Shown piece after piece: positions 39,545 to 53,820 of a stretch of 64,000 nucleotides of DNA (its first letter is position 1; each line of letters starts with the position of its first letter). A model generated the notes under the pieces. The model was given only the letters and a program-made list of their open reading frames with translations. It was not told the origin of the DNA and made no database searches. Origin of the DNA: Chiloscyllium plagiosum (taxonomy: Eukaryota). The stretch is from contig NC_057756.1 in assembly GCF_004010195.1 (NCBI RefSeq), forward strand, positions 2,404,007 to 2,468,006, given 5' to 3'. Position numbers and translations under genes: made by a program.

Positions 39545-40405
39545 ACTTTATACACATCTTTATCATCTTGAATATCTCAACTTGATCTCCCCTCATTCTT
39601 CTATATTCCAGAACGCACAGGCACAAATCTGTTCAACCTCTCTTCATATGACAAATTTCTCACCACTGGCATCACTGGTGAACCTTCTCTGAACTATCTC
39701 CAATGACAGGAAGGTACATATTCCCTCAAGTAAAGGGAACAAAGCTCTACATGATACTCGACGGCGAGTCTCACCAATGTCTTGCAGAGTTGCAAAAAAA
39801 CATCTTTACTTTATGCTTCATTTATTTATCTATAAAAGCCAACATAACACTCTCTTTATTCGCTGCTCTACCTGCAGCTTTGCTTTCTGTGACTCGTGAG
39901 TGAGGACATCCAAATCCCTCAGCAACTGAGTACACCGATGTAGCCCCATTTAGATAATACATCAACTTCCCATTACTTGGACCAAAATGCATGAGTTCAT
40001 ATTTATCCACGTTAAGTTCCATTTGACACATTTTATCCCACTCTCCCAAATTATCTATATAGATTTGTAAGTTTATTATTTCTTCATTGCAATTCACCAT
40101 TCTGCCAAATTTATTTTCGACCGCAAATTCGTCTAGAGCCTTCTGTCACCCTATGCAATTCAGAAATGTAGATTGTAAATAGCTTGGCTCCAACGAACTA
40201 ACCAGGTGACACCACACTAGATTCATCCTGTCATCAAGATAAAAAAACATTTATTACGAATTTCTGTCTTCTGTCCATTAGTCAGCCATCTATCCAAGCT
40301 AATGCATTACTCCTTACCACATTTGATCCAACCTTATTAATTAATCTTTTGTGTGGTAAGTTATCTACTGCCAGTCAGAAGTACCGATGCACTAAATCTG
40401 GAGGA
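39545..40405 (-). mobile_element. CR1 ORF2 fragment
   Basis: LQIYIDNLGEWDKMCQMELNVDKYELMHFG. Confidence 0.85.
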
Positions 40406-40414
40406 TCACCTGTT

Positions 40415-40925
40415 TGTTGTGGAAAGATCAAAATTCTCCTCACTTTAACTGAAGCCTTAAAAAAAACTTCAAATAACACCGCAAAACGTCGAAGCAAACA
40501 GCTGTTCAGTAACGTGTAATGCACTCTTGTTTAACAAAAGCAATCATCAACATGATAGTTTAAGTTAATGGTTTAGTTCATATGAACGCTCCCCTTGTCG
40601 AAACAAGTCTAGTAATTCTCATGAAGCCTTCATATAAGTATAACACCTTTCCACAAATAACGTGGTCAGTGAAAACACATCATGTTAACAAGCAACAGGA
40701 ACGATTAGAAAGGGGAAAATGCTTGAAATGCAAAATTTCATTAGCTAGGAAAAAAGCCTTAATCAATGTTGCAATATTCAAGACATCGTTACCCACCACC
40801 GCTCCCCACCCCCCCCCCCACCCCCCCCCCCCCCCCGGCCCTTGGCCGTACTGTGAAACTTGCCCTTTCTATGAGTGTCAAACAGGCAACTTTTATTCTT
40901 GAAAAAAAATTACCGCGTTAAAACA
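40415..40925. repeat. Possible solo LTR containing a poly-C tract (40803-40836)
   Basis: TG..CA ends (tgttgtgg...ttaaaaca), near-TSD tgtt/tgtg; no family assignment possible by eye. Confidence 0.3.
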
Positions 40926-42069
40926 TGTGCTTTTCTTTTCAGAAACATTCTGGTTAGGCTCCACGGTATGCCATTCAACTGCCAGCGATTGTTTTGTTGT
41001 CTATTGCGCTGTATCGTGGTGTGGATAAGAAGTTTCCTAGTATCATGCTTATCCTCACATGCACGGTTGTACAACTTTAAACATTCAATCTTAGCTAATG
41101 TAAGAATACTTCTAAACAGCCAGCTCACTTCTTTGGATTGGTCCACTATTTCTGTGGACACACTGATTGTTTCGTAGGTATTTCTTCCCTTTGTAACATC
41201 ATCTGGATTTCAATTTGGAAACTCGGACAGAATGCTACACCTTGCAGATTAAAAAAATAAAACTTACACTCTCTTCAAGCAGCTGCCGCTGCATCTGACT
41301 GTGAACAATATGAACATCTGTTCCCTGTATTATTCACTTCCGGATAAAATTCAAGTTTGCTCAATCAATCAGGTATACTCACTTTCTTGTTCCTAAATTC
41401 ACATGGAAAAATATTATTCCCAGAAGGTTTCAAATGTAACGGTAGCTTTTTTCGCATTTCTCAGATTAAACGCTTCAATTTATAAATAGTACCAAGGAAA
41501 AGTTGGATAAATAGGGAAACTTCCAATTCCCCATTTACGGGCATGTGCAAGTGCTGCCATATTGGATTATGCTAAAGTAATGTTTGTAGCATAATACGGA
41601 AAAAAATGAAGTAATTAATATCCTTGTAAGCTGGAAATTCTGCAACTCAATGTATCTGTTAGGTTGACATCATTTTTCTGGTAGCAATGGTATCCTTAAT
41701 AAATGAGGAACGAGAAGCTCAATGTGAAATGATCAAGGCTTTGGCAGACAATAAGGAACTCATTAGATGCATCTTCACCTCCGAAATTGTCACTTGCAGA
41801 AGCTCAAAATAAGTCTCGGTGTGAAATCTATCACACCTTCTGAATGTTAACCAGGTATTGTTTCCGTCTTCCTTGTGTGATACTTTGACTTGATTTTATA
41901 ATCAACAATAACCAAATACTTTGGTAAAGTGAATTAATTATTTAAGGTCATTAAATGCAATGCCGTAATGTTTCCTGGATTCATAGAGACATCCAGCATA
42001 GAATCAAAACATTGACTCCAAATTTTCCATGCCAAACAAGCATCGTTAATTAAACAAGAACCACTTACC

Positions 42070-43470
42070 TGGTTTTAGCCCCTATCCCCTCTAAGTATTT
42101 CCTATTCAAGTTCCAGCTCAATTGTCATGCAAATTTAAATGTTGTAAATCTACCTAGCCCTTGCTTTACATCTTATTTCCACATGGGAAACACGCATTGT
42201 GTCGAAAATGTACCCTTCAGTTCCTGTTAAACGTTTCTCATATCACCTTAAAATTATACAATATAGTTTTGCATTCCACACACTATGCAGACAGACCTTT
42301 GCAACCGAACACACATATACTTGTCATGCTTTAATAAATCTCGAAAAAAGGTTATCCCTTAACCATTATGCTCCATTCAGAAAGGATCCCAACCTCTCTT
42401 TTTAAGTAAGCCCTCCAGTTCCAGAAGCATCCTGGTCCATCTTTCCTCAACGCTCTCTAATTCATAATGTCTCTCAGATATCTGAGCGACCAGAACATAC
42501 TCTGTATCACAAATGTGGCTTAAACAATGCCCAGTGGATCCTCAACATGATGTGTCACTTCCAAGTCAATAGTTTAAGAAATGAAGGCAAGCGTGCCAAA
42601 TTTCGTCTTCACTATCCTGTCTACCTGTGACAGAAATTTCAAAGAACTATATACCTGAACAAATTCGTATGTCTGTTCCAGAACATAAACTAAGCGAAAT
42701 CAAGGCAGGATTTTCAAAATGAATGTTAGGGTCGTCACGAGTGAAGTGTAACAGAGGGAGCTTGGAGCTCCAGTGCACGTTTCTCTGAAAATGGAGTCAC
42801 AGGTAGACAGGAAGGTGAATAGGTTTTTGGCATTCTGGCCTTCATCGATCATGAATTGAGTGTAGAATCTGAAAAGTCATTTTGCCTTTTGCAAGATGTT
42901 GCTCAGACCGCACTTGGCGTATTGTGTTCAGATGTAATCACCCTGCTCTCGCAATAATGTTCTCACTCTGGAAAAATAAAGTACAGAAGTAAATTACAAG
43001 CATGACGCCAAGACTCAGCGGTCTGAGTTATAGGAGTTAAGTCCTTGCACAAGCTAGAACTTTTTCTTGGCAGCATAGAGACTAAAGGGGGATCTTATCG
43101 AAGTCTATAAGACCATGAGTGGCATGGATAGGTTAAATGCACTTAATCTTTACTCTCAGGTTTAGGGAATCAAGGACAACTGGGCAACTGTTTATATTTA
43201 GAGAGGAAAGAATAAAAGGGAAAGTGACGTAAGCATTTTCTTTACATACTGCTTGACATGCGTATGGCATAGCTGCCAGTGGAAGTGCTGGAGGTGGGTA
43301 CAATACAACGTTTAAAATGCTCTTAGGCGAATAAATGAATAGGAAAAGGTGAAAATGGATGTGCCAAGTGTAGGGAAATGGATTTCATATCGAAGGAAGT
43401 TTTAGTCAGAATGCATCAGTTTGGGCAAAATGGTCTGTATCCATGTTGTAAGACATTATCGTCATATGAC
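42070..43470. mobile_element. Two CR1 3' fragments in opposite orientation (42070-42690 minus; 42690-43470 plus)
   Basis: Both resemble the CR1 3' region at 11750-12445 (e.g. gggggatcttatcgaagtctataagaccatgagtggcatggatagg). Confidence 0.75.
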
Positions 43471-44659
43471 GTGATGACTATCAAATATTAACTGATCCTG
43501 TTCTTATTTGTTCTACCAAAATTGAAAACCTCTTATTTATACAAGTCAATCACTCTTGTTGTAATTTTTCTTTGTTTAGGAGTTGTAGGCATGCATGTTA
43601 GTCTGGAGTTCAAATATAGATGTTGATACCGTCGAGTGGTCTTTAAATATTGCTGCTTCACATTACTCACATGACGCTCGAGAAGACTGATTTGAGTCTG
43701 GAATTGTAGACACGACATGAGGGAGGAAGGTTCCATCGACGTCCCTGACTGAGATTATTAACCTGAAAGAAAACTACCATTTTTTTCAAATCAACATAGT
43801 TGCACGCAAAATATAGCTGTAGGTGAATTCCATTTGAACCTTACAGCCTGTTCCAATCTGTTCAGTACGGTCGTAGTTGATCATCGAACTCAGTAACCTT
43901 TGATCGACATTCCTTTTAATCTACTTACCTCTAAAAACTCTGTCTGATTCCCTCTTGAAGAACTTCTTGTGTTTTTTACAACACAGTTGATTTCTCAGAC
44001 ATAGAATTCATGGTTTCATTAGACTTGCTGTCAGGGCATGTCTCCAGAACTCATTTCCCACTATTTCTTTGCTTACGAATGCTGATTCTGGACTTCCAAG
44101 CACTCGGTAAATCCTTCCTACATTTAATCAACCTCCTTTTATAGCATGTATGTTTTTCCACGCTATTCCTCTCAATTGTTTCAAACTCCAGTCATATAAG
44201 TTCTTGAATCTGGCACTCTTGATGTATCATTTGTGCCAAACAGAAAATCATTCTACTCAGAATCTACTGAGCACCAATCCAAAACTAGTCTTAACTTAAA
44301 TTAAGAATGAAAATGCCCACAATTCTTAAGCTGCAGTCTCACTAATTTCCTGCACAATTGAAACACTGCATCTCTCCTCCGCTCCCCCAGCTAGCTCGTC
44401 ATGGCAACCATATGCCATCTAACATCTCTAACATCTGTTTCAACAGTATGCATACATTACAGGAAATGTTCTAAAATATCAACAGAGTCTCACTGCAGAC
44501 CATCCTTTACCAATCTATTGAAATTCAAATAGTAAGTTACCATCCAGCTTTCGTGAACTTATAAGATCACTTTGCCCTACTGTTTACTTTATCAACTCAC
44601 TAAACTTTTTAAATTACAGTGAACCAGCTCTCACTCTTTTAGGAACCTCACACATAGAT

Positions 44660-46130
44660 TTCCCCTCATTGTACACCTTCCCAAACTAATGTCTGGAAAC
44701 CTGGATCGACTGCACAGTTCCCTCATGTATTTCTTCATTATTTTTTGAGGACAGCATGGAATTAAAAAAAGAAACTGGGTCATTCTCAACTCGTGACCGG
44801 ATGCCACCTCGAACGTTGTTCGTTTCTTTCTCCTTTTTTTTATTCCGGCCTGCCATCAGTCCTCTGTTCACATTATTTCCTAAGCTGAGTTCTTTCTGTG
44901 ATAATGCTACCACTTTAAAAAGGCCACGTTATAATTGGGCACTTTAAAGACAGATTGTAAAGGCAAAGGTGCTGAAATATTTTAGAAAAAGCTGAGTTTA
45001 ATGACGGCAGTGGAGTGGCCTGTTCTCCAAGTTCAGATAACATCGAGTTTGAGTTAGCTGTAATAATGCGAACCTTCTGCAGTCCATAGAAGTATTTCAA
45101 TCTACAACAGATGGTTCCTGACTGCCCAGGTCTCTGCTTTGAACTATAATTCAAACTGCATTATTTCTTTTTCGTTTCTTTTCTTTTGCCTTTAACACAA
45201 GCAGCTTCATTTGCAATTGATTTTAACAATTTACAAAATTTCTGATGGAGTTTTCAGCAAATTTAAATGCCAAGATTTGCTGTAATTATCTCACCTTCAC
45301 TCATGGATGACGGAAACTCCAACTCCAGCTTGTTAGCGATTTCGAGCAGCTTTTCTTGACGCAGCTTTTGTAAAATCCCCAAAGTCAGTTTTACAAGCCC
45401 AGAAACGTCCTGGTGACCGAAAGAGCCATTACTTCCCCAAGCATTGTTCAACCGACACCTGAATAAAAAATACTAACACCCACCACTCACTGCCTTTGTT
45501 TCTAATAATCCTCATGCCTAATAAGAAAGATTCAATCGATTCGAACCACAAACACAATGTATTCTGATTAGGTCTGACCCAAACAATCTGTTTCAAGAAA
45601 TAAGGCTCGAACAAAACTGTTTTTCTTATTTTAAAGTGGATATTTCAGGTGTGATAGATCTGGTCGCAGCACTCGGCTTTAAGCAAAACTGAACTTATTG
45701 AACACTACATGTGAAACACAAACAAAAAAAAACAACAGTATTTATAATAACTACATCAACCTCAATCGACTCCATATCACAACTCAAATAAGGAGCAGAT
45801 TCATTTCCCGTGTCATCCCACAAACACGTCCAGTGAAAAAAAGTTAATCTCAAACATCTTTTCTTATCGTCAGCAGGAAAATACATACAAAGCGATTTCA
45901 CAAAGAAGCCCAGTCAGGAAACATTGGCTGAACATAGCAACCCTTCTCTGGACTGCAGAAGCTTTTCACTGTAACAAATATTCCAAATTAGAAACAACTG
46001 AACTGGGAAAATCGGTCCACTGCAGTCAAGCTAGGCTCTCTCGAAGACATTTCTGCACCTCTTTATTTACGGGGGTCCACTCTTTAAAATGACCGAAAGA
46101 CAAAGCGACATTATGAACGTGTCAGCATCG
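44660..46130 (-). mobile_element. Gypsy (Gmr1-like) gag/5' leader fragment with adjacent LTR-like sequence
   Basis: LTLGILQKLRQEKLLEIANKLELEF followed by E/K-rich coiled-coil remnants like gag at 5500-6100. Confidence 0.55.
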
Positions 46131-46464
46131 TTGCAACTATTATTTCATTTACATTCTAATATCTTTTTTCAGTCTTTGTTGAAATGCTCTTGTCTGCCAA
46201 GAAACCAATTTGACTGCCTCCACTTATGACGCATCTATTCACATTCTCGAAAACTTTCAGTGATTTGTCAATCATACTTTCTGTTTCGAGCATGCATGCC
46301 CTCTCTGGTTGATCGATTCATATCTTCTGGGGTACCAAAAAATGCTTTCCAACCTATGGTAACTGTTGCAGCGTCTATTGAACTGAATGATGACAAAAAA
46401 TGTAATTTGTGTCCTAGACATTAAATACTCCACAGTGTAGATTACTGGGACATTGGTATTTACT

Positions 46465-48220
46465 AGGAGAAAGTAAGGACTGCAGATGCTGGAGATCAGA
46501 GCTGAAAAATGTGTTGCTGGAAAAGCGCAGTAGGTCATGCAGCATCAAAGGAAAAGGAAAATCGACATTTCGGGCATAAGCCCTTCTTCAGGAATGAGGA
46601 GGGTGTACCAAGCAGGCTAAGATAAAAGGTAGGGAGGAGGGGATTGGGGGAGGGGCGTTGTGAATACGATAGGTGGAAGGAGGTTAAGGTGAGGGTGATT
46701 GGCCGGAGAGGGGTTGGGGCGGAGAGGTCGGGAAGAAGATTGCAGGTCAAGAAGGCAGTGCTGAGTCTGAGGGTTTGGACTGAGAAAATGTGGGGTGACG
46801 GGAAAATGAGAAAGCTGGAGAAATCTGCATTCATCCCTTGTGGTTGGAGGGTTCCTAGGCGGAAGATGAGGCACTCTTCCTCCAGGCGTCGTGTTGCCAT
46901 GGTCNNNNNNNNNNNNNNNNNNNNNNNNNNNNNNNNNNNNNNNNNNNNNNNNNNNNNNNNNNNNNNNNNNNNNNNNNNNNNNNNNNNNNNNNNNNNNNNN
47001 NNNNNNNNNNNNNNNNNNNNNNNNNNNNNNNNNNNNNNNNNNNNNNNNNNNNNNNNNNNNNNNNNNNNNNNNNNNNNNNNNNNNNNNNNNNNNNNNNNNN
47101 NNNNNNNNNNNNNNNNNNNNNNNNNNNNNNNNNNNNNNNNNNNNNNNNNNNNNNNNNNNNNNNNNNNNNNNNNNNNNNNNNNNNNNNNNNNNNNNNNGGA
47201 TGCTACGATGTGTCTGGAGGTTGGTGTGGTGGTAGGTGAGGACCAGTGGGGTTCTGTCTTGGTGGCGATTGGAGGGGCAGGGTTCAAGGGCAGAGGAGCG
47301 GGAAGTGGAGGAGATGCGGTGGAGAGCATCGTCAACCATGTCTGAGGGGAAATTGTGGTCTTTGAAGAAGGAGGCCATCTGGGTTGTTTGGTACTCCTGG
47401 GAACAGATGCGGTGAAGGCGAAGGAATTGGGAATATGGGATGGCGTTTGTACAGGGGGCAGGGAGGGAGGATCTGTAATCTATGTAGCTGTGGGAGTCAG
47501 TCGGTTTATAGTAAACGTCCGTGTTGAGTCTGTCATCCAAGATAGAAATGGAGAGGTCTAGGAAGGGGAGGGAGGAGTCTGAGATGGTCCAGATAAATTT
47601 GAGGTCCGGGTGGAAGGTGTTAGTAAAGTGAATGAACTGTTCAACCTCCTCATGGGAGCACGAGGTAGTGCCGATACAGTCATCGATGTAGCGGAGAAAA
47701 AGGTGGCGGGTTGTGCCAGTGTAGCTGCGGAAGATGGACTGTTCCACATATCCAACGAAGAGGCAGGCATAGCTGACTCCCATGCGGGTGCCCATGGCTA
47801 CTCCTTTGGTTTGGAGGAAGTTGGAGCATTGGAAAGTGAAGTTGTTCAGTGTGAGGACCAGTTCAGTCAGTCGAAGGAGGGTGTCAGTGGAAGGGTACTG
47901 GTTGGTTCAACGGGAAAGGAAGAGCGGGGGGCTTTGAGGCCTTCGTGATGAGGGATGGAGCTGTATCGGGACTGGATGTCCATGCTGAAGATAAGGCGTT
48001 GGGGGCCGGGGAAGCGAAACTCATGGAGGAGGTGGAGGGCGAGGGTGGTGTCCCGAACGTAAGTGGGGAGTTCTTGGACTAAGGGGGACAGGACTATGTC
48101 AAGGTATGCAGAAATGAGTTCGGTGGGGGAGGAGCAGGCTAAGACAATGGGTCGGCCGGGGCCGTCAGGTTTGTGGATTTTGGGCAGGAGGTAGAAGCGG
48201 GCGGTGCAGGGTTGTGGGAC
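46465..48220 (-). mobile_element. Relatively young 5'-truncated Penelope-like element (family 1): RT, GIY-YIG mostly in gap, pLTR
   Basis: ORF 46617-47795 MGTRMGVSYACLFVGYVEQS..FLRYIDDCIG..FTNTFHPDLKF..LPFLDL..YYKPTDSHSY; candidate TSD tttact at 46459-46464 and 48221-48226. Confidence 0.95.
46564..46591 (-). ncRNA. Minimal hammerhead motif in the pLTR
   Basis: CTGAAGA-a-GGGC-ttat-GCCC-GAAAT-GTC (one substitution in the stem III region relative to 1518). Confidence 0.7.
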
Positions 48221-48435
48221 TTTACTGACTTTTAATCACACCAGTTTCCTGAACACGCTTTTTTCCTGTTGCACTGCTTTACTTGCATTTATCCCATCTG
48301 CTAGCCCATGTATTCCCAACATTTTTGGGACATTCTTTGTATGCAAAGCAAGAAGCAATATGGTCCAATTCGTCATCTACATCTTTCTGCATTTCTTCAT
48401 ATCTTCCTTTCCTCAATTCATAGCTTCACAACTGC

Positions 48436-48767
48436 CTTTAAAATAAGAAGAAGAGTTTTGTTCAAGCCTTACTTCTTGAAACAGATTGATTGGGTCAGAC
48501 CTGATCATAATGCTTTTTTTTTGTTCGAATCGATTGAATCTTTCTTATTCAGCATGAGGCTTATTGGACTCAAAGGCAGTGAGTTTAGGTATTAGTATCT
48601 TTTGTTCCAGGTGTTGAATTCGGTCTGTTGAACAATGCTTGTGTAAGTAATGGCTCTTTCGGTCACCAGGCGATTTCTGGGCTTTGTAAAACTGACTTTG
48701 GGGATTTTACAAAAGCCGCGTCAAGCAAAGTTCCTCGAAATAGCCGACAAGCTGGAATTGGAGCTCC
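48436..48767 (+). repeat. Inverted copy of Gypsy leader/gag segment 45312-45636
   Basis: Near-colinear reverse complement; MALSVTRRFLGFVKLTLGILQKPRQAKFLEIADKLELEL. Confidence 0.85.
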
Positions 48768-49619
48768 AGTCAATGAATTATCTTTGCTCTCGCACCATCT
48801 CAAAACTATTCATTGATCAAATATCACCTTTCAAACCAAAAAGCAAATTCTTCTGACTGGGCTGTGCTATGAAGAGGGGTATTTTGTGTATATTTGTTTT
48901 AATAGAGAGTTATAAAAAAGAAGTAATGAGAAGGCTGTGTAAATGCAACAGTTTGTGTGGCAGTTTTCTTATTTTGAAGTTCGATCAACAGAAACAGCCT
49001 TGATTGATGTTGCCAGTTCTCACTGACAGACACTTCTAGCTTCATGCTTCTTACATTTTAGTTTCAAAGGCATCTGCAGGTGTCTTGAGAAAAGAGCATG
49101 TGTTGTTTCCTCTCTCTCAGTCGCAGCACGGAGCTGGTATTTCTTTTTCGTTTGTGGTCCTTCCATATGATAAAATGTGATATCTGCGTTTGAATTCTTC
49201 CAATAGTTGTCTGTATTTAGAATGTTGCTACACTGTACTAAAGCAGTTAATTAGCATGAGTTAGTTAATTTATTTTTCTGATGTTTTACATGAGAATTGA
49301 GGTATTCACAGTCTTTCTTTCTTCTGTTGTATTATAACTATTATTTGAATAAATTGTGTTTTTCTTAACATCGCATAGTTTGACCAGGTAAATTGAATCC
49401 GGAACAAAATACATTACATTTGCCTTTACAGTTCGATAAAAAAAGTTGCAATCTCGGCTACTTCTTTAAAAACATATTTTGAGGTGGCCTAGTCTGTATC
49501 ATAGCATTTCAGTGTGATTAGAAATTTTAAAACAGAGACATTCGAGTATAGTGTTTATAAAAGTACACTCGGAAAAAAATATTAAGGAAAGTTTGTGAAT
49601 GTTGACTAGATATGTGAGA

Positions 49620-52230
49620 GATTCATAGCATCATATAGCACGAACATAGTCCCTTTGGTGCAACCAAGCAATGCTGTACATATTCCCAAACTAAACTAAT
49701 CCAACCCAATGGTTCCATGCTCAACTCCCTCCAATGCTGCTCTGTTCATGTACTTAATCAGATGCAACGTTTTACACGTTGTCGTGGTGCACATACTCAC
49801 TATTTCCTCAGGAAGCTCATTTTACATGGGAAGCATACTCCGTTTAAAATGGTTTTCCTCTCATCTCTGTTATAACACTTGTTTCCTCTCCCCTGAAAAC
49901 TGTCGAGAAATGCCACATCGTAGGGAAAAGACAACTAGATTGAATTCAATCAACGCCAAACGTTACTTCCAGAACTCCTTTTGCATCATCTCTCAATATC
50001 TTGCGCTCTAGTGGAAAATGGTCCAGCTTTTTCTTTTGTAAATAAAACTTTCCATGACCGGCAACATCATGGCAAATCACTTCCAAAATATCTTCATCTT
50101 CATAATATCCTTCCTACAACTGATCGAACAGAACTGGACACAGTCTTTCAGGATAGATTTGAGTAAAGAGTATTACAACCTCAACATGACTTCCCAAAGT
50201 CTTATACACATTACACTAAGCAATGAATGTCAGTGTGCAAAATAGCTTTTCCACCACACTGTCTATATGTGACGAAAAATTCAAAAGATTATGTACCTGC
50301 ACCCCTGGATCTCTAAGTACGATGGTATCCAGAGCCATATTATTATCTGTCAAAACGCCTATTCCTGTTTGTTGCACCAAAACGCAATGACTCGCATTTA
50401 TCCAGATTTAAGTCCATCTGCCATTTTTTTTTCAGCTCATTGGGCCACTTTTCAGCAAACCTTCTCAACTATTTGCTATGTCACCGATTTTATTGTCTCT
50501 GCAATCTTACTAATTAAGCCTTTCATATTCGCTTCTAAATCATTTACAAAAATAACAAACAGAATAGGACCCTGATATGATCCCTGTGGAACACCGTGGT
50601 TGAAAGGTCTCCAGTCTGAAAAGCAACGTTCTACTACCACTCTCAGTCTCCTTCCTTTCAGATAATTATGCAAGAAATTGGAAAGATCAATGTGATATAC
50701 ATGTTAACGAACTTTACTAAGTTGTCTCGCGATCAGAACATTTTCGAAGGCGTTGCCATAGTCCAAGTAAACAATGTAATCTGCTTTGGTTTAAACAATC
50801 TTTTTGGTAACTTCTCCAAAGAGTTTAATCAAGTTTCTGAGACACAGCTTTCCTCACACAATACTATGCTGACTATCCTTCATCAATTTTTGTCTCTCAG
50901 AATGACATAAATCCTATCTTTTCAAATCTCTTGTTCTGCACGTGTAGCTGCTCTGTACCTTAAAGAGAGAGAGGAAGTTGGCAAGGACTAAAAGCACAGA
51001 GTGTGCAGAATTTTTTTAAAAATGTAACATTTCTTTTACGCAAATACCTGCTGCTATGTTGCCATCTTACAAAAGAAAATGCAAATTCTTCCAATCACTT
51101 TTAATTATACCGCACAGAAGGAAATACAATGGAATTAGAATTTTACTGTTTGATTACATGAAACGAATTAATTAATCTAATGTTTCGGTGTATAAAAACT
51201 GACATTTTGAACCGTTCGGGGACAAGGGTAAAGAGTAGCAAAAAGCAGCAAAATTGCGAGAATAATACATCTCTGAAAGATACCTGTCCATAAGAAATTG
51301 GTACAGCAAAATACCGAAGCTGTACAGAGACAAATCTACTGAGAAACTTCGACACCCAAAGACAACAACAAGGTTTGAAATTGTTTTGCGGTAAATTTGA
51401 GAAAGAATTTATTGGACAAATATTGAAGAGTGGGTGGTAAATGACTTGATTAAGAGAAATGAGCTGTAAAATGCTGTTGTTTAATGTTCTCTGTTGGGCT
51501 TAAAGAATAAAATCTTTCTTTTTGAACTTTAAATTTTGAAATCTGGGCTAGTTATTTGCCTCTCAGAATTTAGCAGATTACATCTCTAGATGAACTTCTC
51601 TGTGTGTCAGGTTTAAATTAGCACAGTGGTTAACCCGTGTCATAACACTTTCACAATTTACGCACAGTTGTAGTCATACTCAGAGGGTTACAGTTGCCTT
51701 GTTTCTCTTCTCAAGTTTTCTCAAACAAACGTACATTAGACAATTTCTCGTCATCAAGTATCTCAACCGTAGTTATAGATGATGCAAATATTTCTGCAAG
51801 GGGTCATTCAATTTCTGCCCTTACACTCAACAACCTTCTGCGATATATTGGATCAAGTCCTCGAGATTTGTCCACCTTCCCAAACTTCCTCTGCTCTAAT
51901 GTCAACTGATTTAAAATTACGACAATGTATTTCTCTGATTTCCCTTGACTCAACTTTTTAATGCAGAATAACTGACGCAAACTACTCATTTACTATCTCT
52001 CCCATCTCCTGCGGCTCAACACAAGACGATTTCCTTGATCTTTAAGTAACACTCTAATCACCAATTATTCTTAATGTATTTGTCGAATTTCTTTGGACTT
52101 TCTTTAAACGTACCTGATAGTGCAGTCTCATATCTCATCTTTGCCTTCGTTAGTTATTCAAGAATGCCCTGCACTCTCTAAACTAATTAAGAGATTGAAT
52201 TAAAACTAATTGTCTGTATCTAAGTAAGAT
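49620..52230 (-). mobile_element. Degenerate CR1 ORF2 split by a solo LTR
   Basis: NYLKGRRLRVVVERCFSDWR..GVPQGSYQGPILFVIFVNDL (50476-50673); KVDKSRGLDPIYRRRL (51804-51989). Confidence 0.85.
50932..51647 (+). mobile_element. Solo LTR related to the Gmr1-like LTRs
   Basis: End aaattagcacagtggttaacccgtgtcataaca is the reverse complement of the LTR termini at 123 and 23382; near-TSD ctct/cttt; AATAAA near 51506. Confidence 0.7.
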
Positions 52231-52423
52231 TATGGCATATTCTTGATTAGAAACTCCAATGAAAGCATATTTTGCAAAAGCGAGAAAGAGGCATAAAATG
52301 AGCAGGAAGTATTGTACCTATCACCCGTTTCTGTAACTTTCCTTGAAATTGGTTGTTGAATGGAACGTTATTTTCAATTGGAAATAACAAGGAAAATCTT
52401 GCAATGCTTTGTTTTCCTTTCAG

Positions 52424-52444
52424 TTCTTTTGAAGGAACAAACAG
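52424..52444 (+). CDS. 21-nt heptad micro-exon, type B, (V)LLKEQT
   Basis: ctttgttttcctttcAG|TTCTTTTGAAGGAACAAACAG|GTgagt; consensus splice sites. Confidence 0.88.
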
Positions 52445-53737
52445 GTGAGTATTGTATTAATATCATGATTCGTCCATATATGCGATACGAATATAATGAC
52501 AGTCAGATTCATGCAGTGACAGTTTTATGCTTTTTTAGTTACTAGGAATTCGTCTCTTTTTTTCAAACAGAAGGTTGGTCTGTGGACAAAATGTTAACAC
52601 GGAATCGGCCTTTGATTGTAGTCATAAACTTGTTATAATACCTGAAGTTAGAACGTGATGCACTCAGTGTGACAGTCAACTGATGAAAACAGGACCTCGG
52701 TATAATGAATGGGAGACACTGGACAAAGTTACTGTGTGAATTAAGAGTACTTATTCATATTGTACATATATGCACTTTCACTTGAAATCAAGAAACGCTG
52801 GAAAGATAATAAAATATACCTTGGAGATGTATTAGCATTGGCGAAACATTGAAAGAAGTTCATATAATCCCTGCAGGGCAATTAGAAATCAATTGTCCTG
52901 CGAATCTGCACCAATTCTCCAAAGGGCATCCCACTGTATCTCTGCCATCCTAAATTTCCTGTAGTTAACCCACCACCCTGTAAACGTTTCCCCTTCAAAT
53001 CATCGAATTCCTACTTTGAGGAAATAGGCCACTTGGCCGAAAACTGTCCATACCGACACTCAGAAGTGCATCCCACCCAGCAACAGTCGCCCAAGGCTGA
53101 AATCAATCCCATATAGATACTGTTATAACGCAGCAACGCTAAACACTGTTCCGGTCATAGTGGGAAATGGAGAGACACAAATGTAGATCAGGTGACAGAA
53201 ATAGATGAGTGAAACGTCGAAAATGAAATAGAGCAGCAAAAGTACAAGCAAAAATCCAAGAAACAAGACGACTGGTTTAAAATGAGAGCAGCCCAAGTTG
53301 AAAACTTCATTAAAATTTGTCGCTAGCCAAAGCGACATTCAGCCTATTGGAAGTTGTATTTAAACATCGACATAAATAAATAGTCGAAGTAAGATTTAGT
53401 GCAGTTTGGATTGTTGTACAGCCGGTTGCATTGGGTTTCAATGGTGTTTGTCAACTCGGTTTTCCTGATTTTTCTGAGAACTAAGCAACCACTGCTTTTC
53501 ATCTCAAGGATTATAATGCAACCAATACAGACTGGTAAAAAGAAGAACATTAGAAGAAATGCATAGATTCTCGAGGACCTGTCTACTTATAAAATAAAAT
53601 GCAAGCAGTAAAGTTGTTGTACACCCTGGAGTAGCTGACGTTGTACAACTGTACGGCGTTAAGTGTGAGTGGGAACATGAGTATATCAGAAATGTAACAA
53701 GAATTAATTGGCGAAAAATTAAAAGAATGACATTTAC

Positions 53738-53820
53738 CTGGTGATTGGCATGATGGGTCAGCACTACGGCCTGCTGTCTCACAGTGCGAGGGACGTGATT
53801 TCGATTCCACCTTAGGTAAT
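53738..53820 (+). mobile_element. tRNA-derived SINE head (HE1-like), degenerate
   Basis: tggcatgatgggtcagcac..gctgtctcacagtgcgagggacgtgatttcgattcc; A/B-box-like pattern resembling elasmobranch HE1 SINE as recalled, not database-checked. Confidence 0.5.

Noticed and set aside
41125..41395. Minus-strand exon-like pieces (NTYETI motif; 10-nt GAACAAGAAA)
   Set aside because: Weak acceptor, no consistent reading phase, no supporting homologous copies.
42070..43470. Head-to-head CR1 fragments as a twin-priming inversion
   Set aside because: Both cover the same CR1 region and are strongly diverged from each other, so two independent insertions are more likely.
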